Notes: generated by a model from the letters alone, not told the origin. Numbered from the stretch's first letter, positions 1 through 9,831 are shown. The stretch is DNA of 64,000 nt from an uncultured Collinsella sp. (GCA_900752015.1 CAADTZ010000019.1:8045-72044), one strand, 5' to 3'. Numbers and translations: made by a program.

Positions 1-2075
1 CGCCGGTTGTCTATCGTGCGGGTAAGGGTGACGAGAAGCCGGTTCGACTTGTTCCCAATGCCATGACCGAGGCCATGAGCGGAGGCGCGAGCTCGGCGGC
101 AACGGTGAGCATGGAATCCATGGGAACCTCGGTCTTTAACGAGATGATTGACGACCAGAGCCTGCTCGACAGCCAGTACGATGTCGTCGCCGGTCATTGG
201 CCCACGTCTGCCAACGAAGCCGTGATGGTGCTTTCGAGCCGCGGCACGGTGGGCGACTATACGCTCTACAGCATCGGTGCGCTGGATATCGATGAGCTCA
301 ACGACCTGGTCAACAGCGCCATGGCGGCCGACGGTGGGGTCGAAACGCCCGAGACCGGCACCGAATTTACCTACGACGATGCGCTGTCCACGACGTTTAA
401 GGTGCTGTCGCCGGCCGATGCGTATCGCAAAAACGAAGAGACCGGCATATGGACCGATATGTCTGGCGACACCGACTTTATGGCCGCCAAGGTTGCCGAC
501 GGTATCGACGTGCACATTGTGGGCGTGGTGCGACCCAACGAGACCGCCAACGCGAGCGCGTTGTCCCCGGGCATTGCCTACACGCATGCGCTGACTCGCC
601 AGCTTATGGAGCGCGCCGCAAATTCGCAGATTGTGCAGGAGCAGCTTGCCCACCCCGAGACGGATGTCTTTACGGGCAAAACCTTCGACGAACTGCAAGG
701 CGAGGCCAAGCAAGGCGTTGATCTGGGCAGCATGTTCAGTGTGGACGAGGCGGCGCTCAAGAGCGCGTTTTCGTTCGATACATCTGCGCTCTCGGGTGCA
801 GCCGGCGGTATGGACCTTTCCGGCATCGATCTGTCGGGGCTGGACATTGACCTTTCGGGCGTTGGCAAGGACATCGACTTCAGCGACATCATGGCCAAAG
901 CACCAACCCCGGATTTCTCGGGTATCTTTGACGGTCTGGAACTCACGCCCGAGCAAATGCAGCAGGTGGGAACACTAGCCAACCAGCTGTTTGAGGGCTT
1001 TTTGCAGTCTGATCAGTTTAAGGCGCTGACACCCGATGATCTTAAGGACGCGTCAAAGCTTGCCGCCGCGTTCTCGACGTATCTTGAGAGTGATACGGCA
1101 GCCCAGCAAATCCTGGCCCAGCTCAAAGCGCTCGGCGGCGATGCCCTGGCCGAGCGCCTGCAGCAGGCGATGACCGACTATGTGCAAAAGCAGCTGGCTC
1201 CGTATCTGCAGCAGGCTCTGGATCAGGTGATGAAGTCGATCAGCGATCAGATTGCGGCGACGGTGTCAGCTCAGCTCAAGGCAGGCACAGCAGAGCTCAT
1301 GGGCCAGATGACGACGCAGATGTCGTCGAGTTTTGCTAACCTGGCGAGCGCCATGCGCGTGGATGCGAGTGCCTTTGCTCATGCCATCCACTTCAACATG
1401 GACGCCGAGGACCTGAGTTCGCTCATGATGAGCTATGCCAAGGCTTCGAAGCTCACCTATGACAACAACCTGACCACACTGGGTTATGCGGACGAGGCGG
1501 ACCCCATCTCGGTCAAGATTTTCCCGCGTGACTTTGAGGCCAAGGAGCGCGTACTCGACCATGTCGATGCGTACAACAAGCAGGTCAAAGCCGCCGGCCA
1601 CGACGAGCAGGCAATCTCGTACACCGACTACATGGGCATCATCATGGGCTCGGTGACTGATATCGTGAATACCATCAGCTTGGTGCTCATCGCATTCGTG
1701 AGTATCAGCCTGGTGGTGAGCTCCATCATGATTGGCATCATCACCTACATCAGCGTACTGGAGCGCAAGAAGGAGATCGGCATCCTGCGCGCAATCGGTG
1801 CGTCGAAGCGCAACGTGGCAAACGTGTTCAACGCCGAGACCTTTATCGAGGGCCTCATCGCCGGCGTCTTTGCCATTGTCGTCGTGGTAGCCGTGAGCTT
1901 CCCGGTTAATGCCTGGGCGCTTGCGGCCAAACAGGTCCCCAACCTAATGAGTCTGCCCGTGCAGGATGCGCTGGTGCTCATTGCAATTTCGGTGCTGCTG
2001 ACGGTCGTTGCCGGTCTACTGCCTGCCCGCAGCGCATCCAAAAAGGACCCCGTGGAAGCCCTGCGCTCTGAATAA
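1..2075 (+). CDS. ABC transporter permease, FtsX/MacB-like (5' partial; C-terminal FtsX 4-TM domain)
   Basis: The C-terminal ~130 aa (ILRAIGASKRNV...VEALRSE) matches the FtsX permease domain, preceded by a large extracytoplasmic region. There is no N-terminal TM helix in the window, so the gene probably starts upstream. Stop TAA at 2073-2075. Confidence 0.75.
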   Translation, partial: PVVYRAGKGDEKPVRLVPNAMTEAMSGGASSAATVSMESMGTSVFNEMIDDQSLLDSQYDVVAGHWPTSANEAVMVLSSRGTVGDYTLYSIGALDIDELNDLVNSAMAADGGVETPETGTEFTYDDALSTTFKVLSPADAYRKNEETGIWTDMSGDTDFMAAKVADGIDVHIVGVVRPNETANASALSPGIAYTHALTRQLMERAANSQIVQEQLAHPETDVFTGKTFDELQGEAKQGVDLGSMFSVDEAALKSAFSFDTSALSGAAGGMDLSGIDLSGLDIDLSGVGKDIDFSDIMAKAPTPDFSGIFDGLELTPEQMQQVGTLANQLFEGFLQSDQFKALTPDDLKDASKLAAAFSTYLESDTAAQQILAQLKALGGDALAERLQQAMTDYVQKQLAPYLQQALDQVMKSISDQIAATVSAQLKAGTAELMGQMTTQMSSSFANLASAMRVDASAFAHAIHFNMDAEDLSSLMMSYAKASKLTYDNNLTTLGYADEADPISVKIFPRDFEAKERVLDHVDAYNKQVKAAGHDEQAISYTDYMGIIMGSVTDIVNTISLVLIAFVSISLVVSSIMIGIITYISVLERKKEIGILRAIGASKRNVANVFNAETFIEGLIAGVFAIVVVVAVSFPVNAWALAAKQVPNLMSLPVQDALVLIAISVLLTVVAGLLPARSASKKDPVEALRSE

Positions 2076-2076
2076 T

Positions 2077-2104
2077 GCGGCAAAGGGACAGTCCCTTTGT
2101 CACG
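2077..2104. repeat. AAAGGGACAG-core hairpin, copy H1 (CAAAGGGACAGTCCCTTTG)
   Basis: Perfect inverted repeat CAAAGGGA/TCCCTTTG located 2 nt after the stop of the FtsX-like gene. Shares its core with hairpins at 33032, 36758, 38014 and 46171. Confidence 0.6.
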
Positions 2105-2128
2105 TTCGTTGATATGAGAGAAGAGTAG

Positions 2129-3082
2129 ATGATCCTTTCGCTGGCCCCCATGGAGGGGATTACCGGGCATGTGTTCCGTCGCGTGCATGCGGAGTGCTTC
2201 GGTGCGCTCGATTGCTATTACACGCCGTTTTTGCCGCCGCCGCGGGTGGGAAACCGCTTTGGCGGCAAGGCGTTTAAGGAGATCGATCCTGCCAATAACC
2301 AGGGGCTCAACGTGGTGCCTCAGCTGATGTCCAAGAACGCGGACGAGTTTGTGTGGGCGGCACGGGTACTCGCCGACATGGGCTACCGCGAGGTCAATCT
2401 CAACCTGGGTTGCCCTTCGGGAACGGTTGTCGCCAAGGGCAAGGGCTCGGGTTTCTTGCGCAATCTCGACGAGCTCGAGGCGTTCTTAAGCGATGTGTGC
2501 GAGCGGTCGCCGTTGCCGGTATCGGTCAAAACTAGGCTGGGGCTCGAGGACGACGACGAGTATGAGCGCGTGCTCGATCTGTATTGCCGCATGCCGCTGG
2601 CAGAGCTGATTGTGCACCCGCGCGTACAGAAGGACCGTTATACGGGCTCGCCGCGCAAGGAGTTTTACGGCGAGACGCTGGAGCGCGCGCCGTTTCCGGT
2701 CGCCTACAACGGCGATATTTTTGATCTTGAGGATATGGATGCGCTGGTGGAGGCCTATCCCGGGACACGCCATGTGATGCTGGGGCGTGGCTTGCTTGCG
2801 AATCCCGCTCTGGCTCGCATGGTTAAGGGTGGCCCTGCTGCCACGGCAGCCGAACTGCAGCGTTTCCACGACACTCTGTTTGCGGTCTATGCAGAAGAGA
2901 TTGGCGGCAACGCGGTCTTTCGTATGAAGGAGTGGTGGTTCTACGCCAAGTGCGCTTTCGCCGACTCCGCTACCGTTCACAAGCTCGTACGTAAGGCCAA
3001 AAAAGTCGACGAATACCGCGCCGCCGTCGAGCGCGTCTTTCGCGAGCAGCCACTCGCACCCATAGCTCGCTTCCGCGGCTAG
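2129..3082 (+). CDS. tRNA-dihydrouridine synthase (Dus family)
   Basis: 317-aa ORF. TIM-barrel Dus motifs are present (APMEGITG, NLNLGCPSG...VVAKGKGSGFL, SVKTRLG). RBS-like AGAGAAGAG lies upstream. Confidence 0.85.
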   Translation: MILSLAPMEGITGHVFRRVHAECFGALDCYYTPFLPPPRVGNRFGGKAFKEIDPANNQGLNVVPQLMSKNADEFVWAARVLADMGYREVNLNLGCPSGTVVAKGKGSGFLRNLDELEAFLSDVCERSPLPVSVKTRLGLEDDDEYERVLDLYCRMPLAELIVHPRVQKDRYTGSPRKEFYGETLERAPFPVAYNGDIFDLEDMDALVEAYPGTRHVMLGRGLLANPALARMVKGGPAATAAELQRFHDTLFAVYAEEIGGNAVFRMKEWWFYAKCAFADSATVHKLVRKAKKVDEYRAAVERVFREQPLAPIARFRG

Positions 3083-3091
3083 TTAGACATC

Positions 3092-3138
3092 GGGGACGTT
3101 CTTTAACGACTAGTCATTTAAGAACACCCAATGACTAT
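3092..3138. repeat. Palindromic interspersed repeat family R1, degenerate copy A
   Basis: Sequence GGGGACGTTCTTTAACGACTAGTCATTTAAGAACACCCAATGACTATG. Same architecture as the copies at 13279-13355 and 27294-27355, but the right inner arm is degraded (GTCCCC reduced to ACCC). Lies between convergent genes. Confidence 0.6.
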
Positions 3139-3150
3139 GTTGCAAAAGCT

Positions 3151-3203
3151 GTACACCAGCATCCAAAGATGTCGAAAAATGTCGACTTTGGATGCTGGTG
3201 TAC
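3151..3203. terminator. Perfect 18-bp-stem hairpin between convergent dus and grx genes
   Basis: GTACACCAGCATCCAAAG-N17-CTTTGGATGCTGGTGTAC. No strong U-tract, so it may be a factor-independent I-shaped terminator typical of high-GC genomes. Confidence 0.5.
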
Positions 3204-3251
3204 ATGTTTAGGCCGTATGGGGTGGGGTCTTGGACGGACGGGATGCGCGTA

Positions 3252-3497
3252 CTAGAGCAGGTTCTCTTGCGCCCACGCGATGATGTCGCTCGATTCGTAG
3301 AGTGGCTTTCCGTCGATGAACAGGCAGGGAACCTGGCGCTTTCCGCCGACGGCGATGAGTGTCTGTTCGGCATCGGAGTCGGTTGAGATGTTGCGCTCGG
3401 GAATGGTCACGCCGTTATCGGCCAGAAAGCGCTTGACCTTTATGCAATACGGGCAGCCGGTCATAACGTAGAGCACGAGCTCGTGATCAGTAGTCAT
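3252..3497 (-). CDS. Glutaredoxin-like protein (NrdH/Grx fold, CPYC active site)
   Basis: MTTDHELVLYVMTGCPYC...GGKRQVPCLFIDGKPL. ATG at 3497 is preceded by GGAGA at the correct spacing. The longer ORF reaching 3536 lacks an RBS. Confidence 0.75.
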   Translation of the reverse strand: MTTDHELVLYVMTGCPYCIKVKRFLADNGVTIPERNISTDSDAEQTLIAVGGKRQVPCLFIDGKPLYESSDIIAWAQENLL

Positions 3498-3559
3498 AGG
3501 TCTCCAATCGGTTGCGGTTTTGATTGAAATACCCAAAGCCGCCGCGGTCTATGCGCACG

Positions 3560-4375
3560 TCAACGACGACTCGATGGCCTGGACCAGAAACGCCGTGGCT
3601 CCGGGCCGCAGGGCTTGTCGTAGTAGTCAACAAAGCGCTGGTCGGCAAGATAGCCGTGGGCGAGGCCCAGGTACGCTTCGTTCTGGGGTTCGCGTCCCCA
3701 GTTGAGACCAATCCAACGACGATGCATCGCGACAAGCTTACGAGCCTCGTTGCTCTCTGGGTCGCCAATGCCTATGGCAATCGAGAGCTGGCCCAGAATA
3801 GCGCATTCAAGTTCCTTCATGTCGTTCCATGTCTCGGGGTCCATGTCCAGCAGCGCTTCGTTTGCTGCATCGATAGCCTCATCGCCATAGCGCGCCCGCG
3901 CCTCGGCACCGTAGCGCTCCTCGTTTTCTTGCACGGCGCGCCAGCGCTCCAGTTGCGGCAGGACGGCGCCCATGAGCGAGACAGCTTCGTCGAGCGACAT
4001 GCCGGTGTTTTGCGCCAGCCGCGGAGCGCAATCCTCGATCATCGCCTCCATGGTGGTGTCGTAGGTGTACTTGCCGTGGTCGTAGCACCACTTGCAGTAA
4101 TGGTCGGTCGTGGCGCCCGTGGCATCGGTGCCGCAGTCGTCGGGCGTGAGTATCATGCCGCAGCTCTGGCAATAATGCTCGGGCATTTCGAGCAGGTGGG
4201 ACAGTGGCTCGCCGGTTACGGCGGCAATGAGCTTCATCATGTCGATGCCCGGGGTGACCTCGTCGCGCTCCCAACGGCTGACGGCTTGGCGTGTGACGAA
4301 GAGCTTGGCGGCGAGCTGCTCCTGGGTAAGGTGATGGGCGCGACGAACGGCAATGAGCTTTTCTGCAAAGGCCAT
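3560..4375 (-). CDS. Transcriptional regulator: XRE-type HTH, Cys-rich zinc-ribbon-like segment, TipAS-like C-terminal domain
   Basis: N-terminus LTQEQLAAKLFVTRQAVSRWE is an HTH_XRE motif. The middle CQSCG...CKWC is a CxxC...CxxC zinc ribbon. The C-terminus (ERYGAEARARYGDEAIDAANE...DPESNEARKLVAMHRRW) resembles the TipAS antibiotic-recognition domain of MerR/TipA regulators. Confidence 0.7.
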   Translation of the reverse strand: MAFAEKLIAVRRAHHLTQEQLAAKLFVTRQAVSRWERDEVTPGIDMMKLIAAVTGEPLSHLLEMPEHYCQSCGMILTPDDCGTDATGATTDHYCKWCYDHGKYTYDTTMEAMIEDCAPRLAQNTGMSLDEAVSLMGAVLPQLERWRAVQENEERYGAEARARYGDEAIDAANEALLDMDPETWNDMKELECAILGQLSIAIGIGDPESNEARKLVAMHRRWIGLNWGREPQNEAYLGLAHGYLADQRFVDYYDKPCGPEPRRFWSRPSSRR

Positions 4376-4507
4376 AGCGGCTCCTTTCTGCTGGTTGATG
4401 GCTTAAGCATACGCGGCGGCAGGCGCCCTTCCAAGCAACCGTTGGTTGCACGACGGGGGACCGTGGCGAAGAATTGCGCGCAACGCCCCACGCCTCCATG
4501 CCGTACA

Positions 4508-5254
4508 ATGACCGGCATGGAACCTATCGCACACATACATACCGACCTGCCGCAGAAGTTCGGCATTCCGCGCAACAGCTTTTTGGCGCCCCATCTGCAG
4601 GGACGCATCGTCTTTGAGCCGGAATTTGCCTCCAACGCAGCGGTTGAGGGCCTGGACTCCTTCTCTCACCTATGGCTGCTGTGGCGCTTCGAAAACGGAA
4701 CGCCCGGCGGCACGGCTAAGGACATAGCCGCCGATGCCAAAACGCAGGACAGGTCCGGCACCAATGCCAAGTGGTCGAAGACCGTGCGCCCGCCGCGTCT
4801 AGGCGGGGCCGAGCGTGTGGGCGTCTTTGCCACGCGCAGTCCGTTTCGCCCTAATCCCATCGGGCTCACCTGCGTCAAGCTTAATCGTGTCGAGCTCACC
4901 GACGATGGCCCCATCATCCATGTGCTGGGGGCCGACCTGCGCGATGGCACGCCCATCTACGATATCAAGCCTTACATTCCATTTGCCGACTGTCACCCGG
5001 ATGCGACGGGCGGCTGGATTGAGGATGCTCCGTGGCAAGAGCTCGATGTTGAGTTCCCGCAAGCGCTGCAGGATATGGTCCCGCCCGCAAAGCTCCCCGG
5101 CTTGGTCGAGGTCCTTCGCCAAGATCCACGCCGCGCAGGCAGCAAGCACGAGCCAAACCGCGTTTATCACTTGGCTTACGCCGGGCTCGACATATCGTTT
5201 GCGGTCGATGAAACCCAGCTAACCGTAGTTGCCGTCAACGACGCGCAAGACTAA
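4508..5254 (+). CDS. tsaA: tRNA (adenine37-N6)-methyltransferase TsaA/TrmO (YaeB family)
   Basis: Protein MTGMEPIAHIHTDLPQKFGIPRNSF...SHLWLLWRFE...RSPFRPNPIGLT. ATG at 4508 is in frame within a longer artefactual ORF whose 5' half is antisense to the preceding regulator. Confidence 0.75.
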   Translation: MTGMEPIAHIHTDLPQKFGIPRNSFLAPHLQGRIVFEPEFASNAAVEGLDSFSHLWLLWRFENGTPGGTAKDIAADAKTQDRSGTNAKWSKTVRPPRLGGAERVGVFATRSPFRPNPIGLTCVKLNRVELTDDGPIIHVLGADLRDGTPIYDIKPYIPFADCHPDATGGWIEDAPWQELDVEFPQALQDMVPPAKLPGLVEVLRQDPRRAGSKHEPNRVYHLAYAGLDISFAVDETQLTVVAVNDAQD

Positions 5255-5366
5255 CCAGCCATTCGTCCGTACCCGTCAAATTAAGCGCCAAACCCCGCGC
5301 CAAAACCGCCCACGCTGGTGGACAATAACGCCTACCAAAACAATCAACTTTGCACGGGGGCTCAGC

Positions 5367-6581
5367 ATGAAATACGACTTTAGCTCGCTTATCGACCGCC
5401 ACGGCATGGACTCTATCGCTGTTGACTCTTGGGGTGAGATCCCCGGTATGGCCCCGAACGCACCCGACGAGGGCTTCGACCGCATCCCCATGTGGGTGGC
5501 CGACATGAATTTTGCCACGGTGCCCACGGTCCAGGAACACATCATTCAGCGTGCCCAGCACCCCATGTTTGGCTACTTTAACCCGCGCGCTGAGTACTTC
5601 GATCGCATCATCGAATGGCAGAACCGCCGCAATGGCGTCGAAGGTTTGAGCCCTGAACATATCGGCTACGAAAACGGCGTGCTGGGCGGCGTCGTGTCGA
5701 CGCTGCGCGCGTATGTCCAGCCGGGCGATGCGGTGCTGGTCCACAGCCCTACCTACATCGGCTTTACCAAGTCCATTGAGGCCGCGGGCTATCACATTGT
5801 CCACAGCCCGCTTAAGCTTGACGACCAGGGCGTGTGGCGTATGGACTTTGAGGATATGGAGCACAAGCTCGCCCAAAACCACATCCATGCCGCGGTGTTC
5901 TGCTCGCCGCACAATCCCTGCGGCCGCGTATGGGAGCGCGACGAGATCGAACGTACCATGGACATCTATCGCCAGCACGATTGCGTGGTGATCTCGGATG
6001 AGATTTGGTCCGATATCATCCTGCCGGGTCACAAGCATATCCCGACGCAGTCGGTGAGCGAGGATGCCCGCATGCGCACGGTTGCCCTCTACGCGCCTAG
6101 CAAGACGTTTAACCTGGCGGGTCTGGTCGGCAGCTACCACATTATCTACAACGAGACGCTGCGCGACCGCGTGTGCGCCGTGTCCAACAAGACCCACTAC
6201 AACGAGATGAATGTCCTCTCCATGCATGCGCTTATCGGTGCCTATCAGCCGCAAGGCTACGAGTGGGTTGATGAGCTCAACCAGGTGCTTGCCGGCAATA
6301 TCGAGTACTTCTGCGATTACGTGGACGAGCATTTTGAGGGCGTGAGCTATTCACGTCCGCAGGGCACCTACATGGTGTTTCTGGACTGCACCGAGTGGTG
6401 CCGCGAGCATGGCCGCGATATTCAGTGGCTGCTCGACGAGGGGGCGCGCGTGGGCGTTGGCTACCAGGACGGCCGCCCGTTCCACGGACCCTGCCACATT
6501 CGCGTGAATCTGGCGCTGCCGCTTTCGCGCGTAAGGGAGGCGTGCGACCGCCTAGACCGCTACGTTTTTAATACACGGTAA
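5367..6581 (+). CDS. PLP-dependent C-S lyase / class I aminotransferase (PatB/MalY-like cystathionine beta-lyase)
   Basis: MKYDFSSLIDRHGMDS..., with the PLP-lysine context YAPSKTFNLAGL. ATG at 5367. The upstream in-frame extension is implausible. Confidence 0.8.
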   Translation: MKYDFSSLIDRHGMDSIAVDSWGEIPGMAPNAPDEGFDRIPMWVADMNFATVPTVQEHIIQRAQHPMFGYFNPRAEYFDRIIEWQNRRNGVEGLSPEHIGYENGVLGGVVSTLRAYVQPGDAVLVHSPTYIGFTKSIEAAGYHIVHSPLKLDDQGVWRMDFEDMEHKLAQNHIHAAVFCSPHNPCGRVWERDEIERTMDIYRQHDCVVISDEIWSDIILPGHKHIPTQSVSEDARMRTVALYAPSKTFNLAGLVGSYHIIYNETLRDRVCAVSNKTHYNEMNVLSMHALIGAYQPQGYEWVDELNQVLAGNIEYFCDYVDEHFEGVSYSRPQGTYMVFLDCTEWCREHGRDIQWLLDEGARVGVGYQDGRPFHGPCHIRVNLALPLSRVREACDRLDRYVFNTR

Positions 6582-6591
6582 GTGTGCGCTG

Positions 6592-6633
6592 CATGCGGGG
6601 CCTTCTGCCAAGTCGGCTAGAAGGCCCCGCATG
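6592..6633. terminator. Hairpin terminator after the PatB-like gene
   Basis: 15-bp stem CATGCGGGGCCTTCT / AGAAGGCCCCGCATG with a 12-nt loop. Confidence 0.55.
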
Positions 6634-6724
6634 GTAATGCGTCTGTAACCATTGGGCGCTCGAGTGGTTTCATTTGCTATTTTTTTTAGCATTTCAGTCT
6701 GTAAACAGGATCTTCTGGAGCTCG

Positions 6725-7594
6725 ATGAAAAGACCCCGTCGCTCAGTTGTCATATCGTTGTTTGTTGCGCTTGCAGTGGCGAGCGCCTTTGTCATAGCGA
6801 TAGCCGGCTGCTCCGGGCACAATGACGAAGCCTCGACGCCAGCATCAAAAGCCCCGGATGCCTCGCAGGTCAAGGACGACAACCTTAAGACGCTCAACGT
6901 CGGCAGCGACCTCTATCCACCGTTTGTGTATACCGACGAGTACGGCGATATCGTTGGCCTGGATGTCGAGATATTGACCGAGGCTTTGGCCCGCATTGGT
7001 TACAAGCCAAAATACCAGCTGATCGATTGGGAAAAGAAGAAAGAGCTGCTGGCGAGCGGCGAACTCGATTGTGTCATGGGCAGCTTTAGCATGACGGGTC
7101 GCGAAAACGAGTATCGTTGGGCCGGTCCGTACCTTGCGAGCCGCCAGGTAGTCGCGGTCGATCCCCAGAGCGATATCTACACACTTGCCGATCTTGAGGA
7201 TAAGATCGTGGCGGTTCAGTCCACCACCAAGCCCGAGGGCATTTTGCTCAATCGCACAAATGAAAACGTTCCGCAGATCAAGGAGCTCTACAGCTTTTCG
7301 GACGGTTCATATCTGAACCCGGCGCTCGTCGAGGGCCTGGTCGACGCTGTCGCCGCGCATGAGTCCTCGTTCCTCACCTACGAAAAAGACTATGGTGTGA
7401 CATATCGCATTTTGGATGAGCCGCTGCTAAAGGTTGGTTTGGGCACCGCTTTCGATATCAACGATACGCGCGGCATCGACGTCAAGCTCACTCATGCCTA
7501 CCAAGAAATGCTTGCCGATGGCACCATGGAACGTCTGGTGTCAAAGTACTTCGATGACCCTTCGCCATTTTTGAATGTGGAGGGCCTGTCATGA
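6725..7594 (+). CDS. Amino-acid-type ABC/sensor substrate-binding lipoprotein (SBP_bac_3 family)
   Basis: Signal peptide plus lipobox (FVIAIAGCSGH). Periplasmic-binding-protein type 3 fold motifs are present. Its stop overlaps the start of the downstream hybrid kinase (ATGA at 7591), suggesting co-function. Confidence 0.75.
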   Translation: MKRPRRSVVISLFVALAVASAFVIAIAGCSGHNDEASTPASKAPDASQVKDDNLKTLNVGSDLYPPFVYTDEYGDIVGLDVEILTEALARIGYKPKYQLIDWEKKKELLASGELDCVMGSFSMTGRENEYRWAGPYLASRQVVAVDPQSDIYTLADLEDKIVAVQSTTKPEGILLNRTNENVPQIKELYSFSDGSYLNPALVEGLVDAVAAHESSFLTYEKDYGVTYRILDEPLLKVGLGTAFDINDTRGIDVKLTHAYQEMLADGTMERLVSKYFDDPSPFLNVEGLS

Positions 7595-9783
7595 TCGATG
7601 CGCTCGACCACGCCGCTCAGGAGCGGGGCAATCGTTCGGCAGGGGCATGGCTTCTTGTCGCTCTGCTGGGGATAGTGCTCTCGGTTGTTGCCGGCATGAT
7701 GAGCTACGGCTACATGACGGCCCAAGCCGAGCAGCGCTTTGCCGACGTTGTCGATTACGTGGCGACGCAGAGCCTTTCCTACGACGCGTTCAACAGCGCC
7801 TATGCGACCAAAAACCTGATTCGCGTTATGGAGATTGCCGGAGAGGCTGCTCGCGATATGGAGCGCGACGGTTCGGTGGATAACGCCATGCTGGAGCAAT
7901 ACGCCGACCAGTTCAACGTGAGCGCGCTGATTGTGACGGATGCATCGGGCAATTTGGTGTCCGAGTCCTCGACGGGCGATGTGGGCTACGAGTCGCTCGC
8001 TACGTATCTCAAGGAAGCGCCCGTGCTGGAGGTGGCAACTCATCCGCTTAAGTCCTATACCGCCCGCATCACGCTTGCGGATGATTCGGTCGCAGACATT
8101 GGCTGCGTGACTCGGCAGGATGGCGAGGGCATCGTTATCGCGGTAAGGCATCAGAGCGCGAAAGCGGTTGCAAGCAATACACTCAAACTGCAGAGCTTGC
8201 TTGATGGCTATGAAACCATCGATAGCGGCAATATCGTGATCGAAAGCGACGGCAAGGTCGTTGCGACCAATGCCGTTGAACCCACCGTATTGGGCGTGTT
8301 CGATCTGCCTGCGACGGATGTCTTTATTGTCGACGGTATTAAGGATCGATGCCTGGCTGGTAAGGTCAGATTGGTTAACGCCGACGGCGAGTGGTATTTG
8401 GGCACATTTGGAAAAGCGCACAAATTCTATGTGTACACCTATGCCTCGGCGCAGCGCTACTTTGAGGTCGCCGCGGCTGTTGCCGCCGGCGTGCTGGTGC
8501 TCTACGGCGGTGTTATAGCCGTTGTTGTGACGGTGCGTCGCCGCGCTGATCGTCGACGTTTGACGGACTTGCTGCAGCAGGAGCGCGACTATGGCGACAA
8601 GCTGGCAAAGGCGGCGCGTGAGGCCTCGTCTGCCAACTCGGCAAAGACGGAGTTTCTGCGTCGCATGAGCCACGATCTGCGCACGCCCATCAACGGCATT
8701 CGCGGCATGGTCGAGGTTGGCGATGCCAATGCGGACGATCTGCAAAAGCAGACTGAGTGCCGCTCAAAAATCTGGACGGCATCGGGACTGCTGCTCGACC
8801 TTGCCAACGAGGCGCTCGATATGAGTCGCCTGGAGAGCGGGCAGGTCGACCTGAACCTCGTGCCCATAAATTTGGTGGCCCTCAACTGTGAAGTGCGCGA
8901 TATTCTGGAGCGCCAGGCCGAGGAGCGTCTGGTGACAATTATCTCCGACCAGCAGACGCTTAATCATCCCTATGCGCGGGTGAGCGTGACGCACCTCAAG
9001 CGTTTGTTGCTCAATATTGCCGGCAATGCCGTCAAGTACAACCGCCAGGGCGGCTATGTCCGCCTGGTGTGCCGCGAGGTGGAGCCAGCGGATGGCGTCC
9101 CCGTCTATGAATACACGATCGCCGACAACGGTATTGGCATGAGCGAGGAGTTCCAAAAGCACCTCTACGAGCCGTTTTGCCGTGAGGGGCAGCAGGTGGA
9201 AGGCGCTTCGTCGGGAACTGGCCTGGGCGCGCCTATCGCAAAACAGCTGGTCGAGCTTATGGGCGGAACCATGAGCTTTACGAGTGTCTTGGGGCAGGGG
9301 ACGACGTTTACCATTCGCCTGCCGTTTGAGAAGTGCGACCGCTCCGAGATTCCTCAGGCAGTTCCCGCGGATGCGGGAGACGGCGATGCGCTCCAGGGCT
9401 TGCGCGTTTTGCTCGTAGAGGATAACGATCTGAATGCCGAGATCGCGCAGTTTACGCTCAGCCGTGCCGGTGCCATCGTGACGCATGCTAAGGATGGTGA
9501 GTCTGCCGTCGAGATGTTTACCGCGAGCGCACCGCACGAGTACGACGTGGTGTTGATGGACATCATGATGCCTGGCATCGATGGCCTTGAGGCCACGCGC
9601 CAGATTCGAGCGCTCGATCGCGAGGATGCCGCGACCACGCCGATTATCGCCGTGAGTGCCAACGCCTTTGCCGACGACCGCAGGCTTTCGCGCGAGGCGG
9701 GCATGGACGCGCACCTAAGTAAACCCGTGAGCTCGCAGGAGCTCGTCGAGGCGCTAGCGCACATCGCCGCCGACGCTTCATAA
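7591..9783 (+). CDS. Hybrid sensor histidine kinase (2-TM periplasmic sensor, HisKA, HATPase_c, C-terminal receiver)
   Basis: H-box EFLRRMSHDLRTPINGI, N/G boxes (NAVKYN...DNGIGM...GTGLGAPI), and a C-terminal REC domain (LRVLLVEDNDLN...DVVLMDIMMPGIDG...K). No HPt domain and no adjacent response regulator. Confidence 0.85.
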   Translation: MIDALDHAAQERGNRSAGAWLLVALLGIVLSVVAGMMSYGYMTAQAEQRFADVVDYVATQSLSYDAFNSAYATKNLIRVMEIAGEAARDMERDGSVDNAMLEQYADQFNVSALIVTDASGNLVSESSTGDVGYESLATYLKEAPVLEVATHPLKSYTARITLADDSVADIGCVTRQDGEGIVIAVRHQSAKAVASNTLKLQSLLDGYETIDSGNIVIESDGKVVATNAVEPTVLGVFDLPATDVFIVDGIKDRCLAGKVRLVNADGEWYLGTFGKAHKFYVYTYASAQRYFEVAAAVAAGVLVLYGGVIAVVVTVRRRADRRRLTDLLQQERDYGDKLAKAAREASSANSAKTEFLRRMSHDLRTPINGIRGMVEVGDANADDLQKQTECRSKIWTASGLLLDLANEALDMSRLESGQVDLNLVPINLVALNCEVRDILERQAEERLVTIISDQQTLNHPYARVSVTHLKRLLLNIAGNAVKYNRQGGYVRLVCREVEPADGVPVYEYTIADNGIGMSEEFQKHLYEPFCREGQQVEGASSGTGLGAPIAKQLVELMGGTMSFTSVLGQGTTFTIRLPFEKCDRSEIPQAVPADAGDGDALQGLRVLLVEDNDLNAEIAQFTLSRAGAIVTHAKDGESAVEMFTASAPHEYDVVLMDIMMPGIDGLEATRQIRALDREDAATTPIIAVSANAFADDRRLSREAGMDAHLSKPVSSQELVEALAHIAADAS

Positions 9784-9784
9784 G

Positions 9785-9831
9785 CATATGGCCCGGTTCC
9801 AAGGTGGGTTGGAACTGGGCCATATTGTTAT
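9785..9831. terminator. Bidirectional hairpin terminator between convergent genes
   Basis: CATATGGCCCGGTTCCAA-N6-TTGGAACTGGGCCATAT followed by a T-rich tract. Confidence 0.65.

Noticed and set aside
3524-4507. 5' two-thirds of the 576-aa plus-strand ORF annotated at 3524-5254.
   Set aside because: This portion is antisense to the XRE/TipAS regulator. The real tsaA starts at the in-frame ATG at 4508. The upstream part is a GC-artefact extension.
5235-6332. 365-aa minus-strand ORF and the 38649-39986 plus-strand 445-aa ORF.
   Set aside because: Antisense to the PatB/MalY lyase and to the COG0523 GTPase respectively. Compositionally biased, with no motifs.
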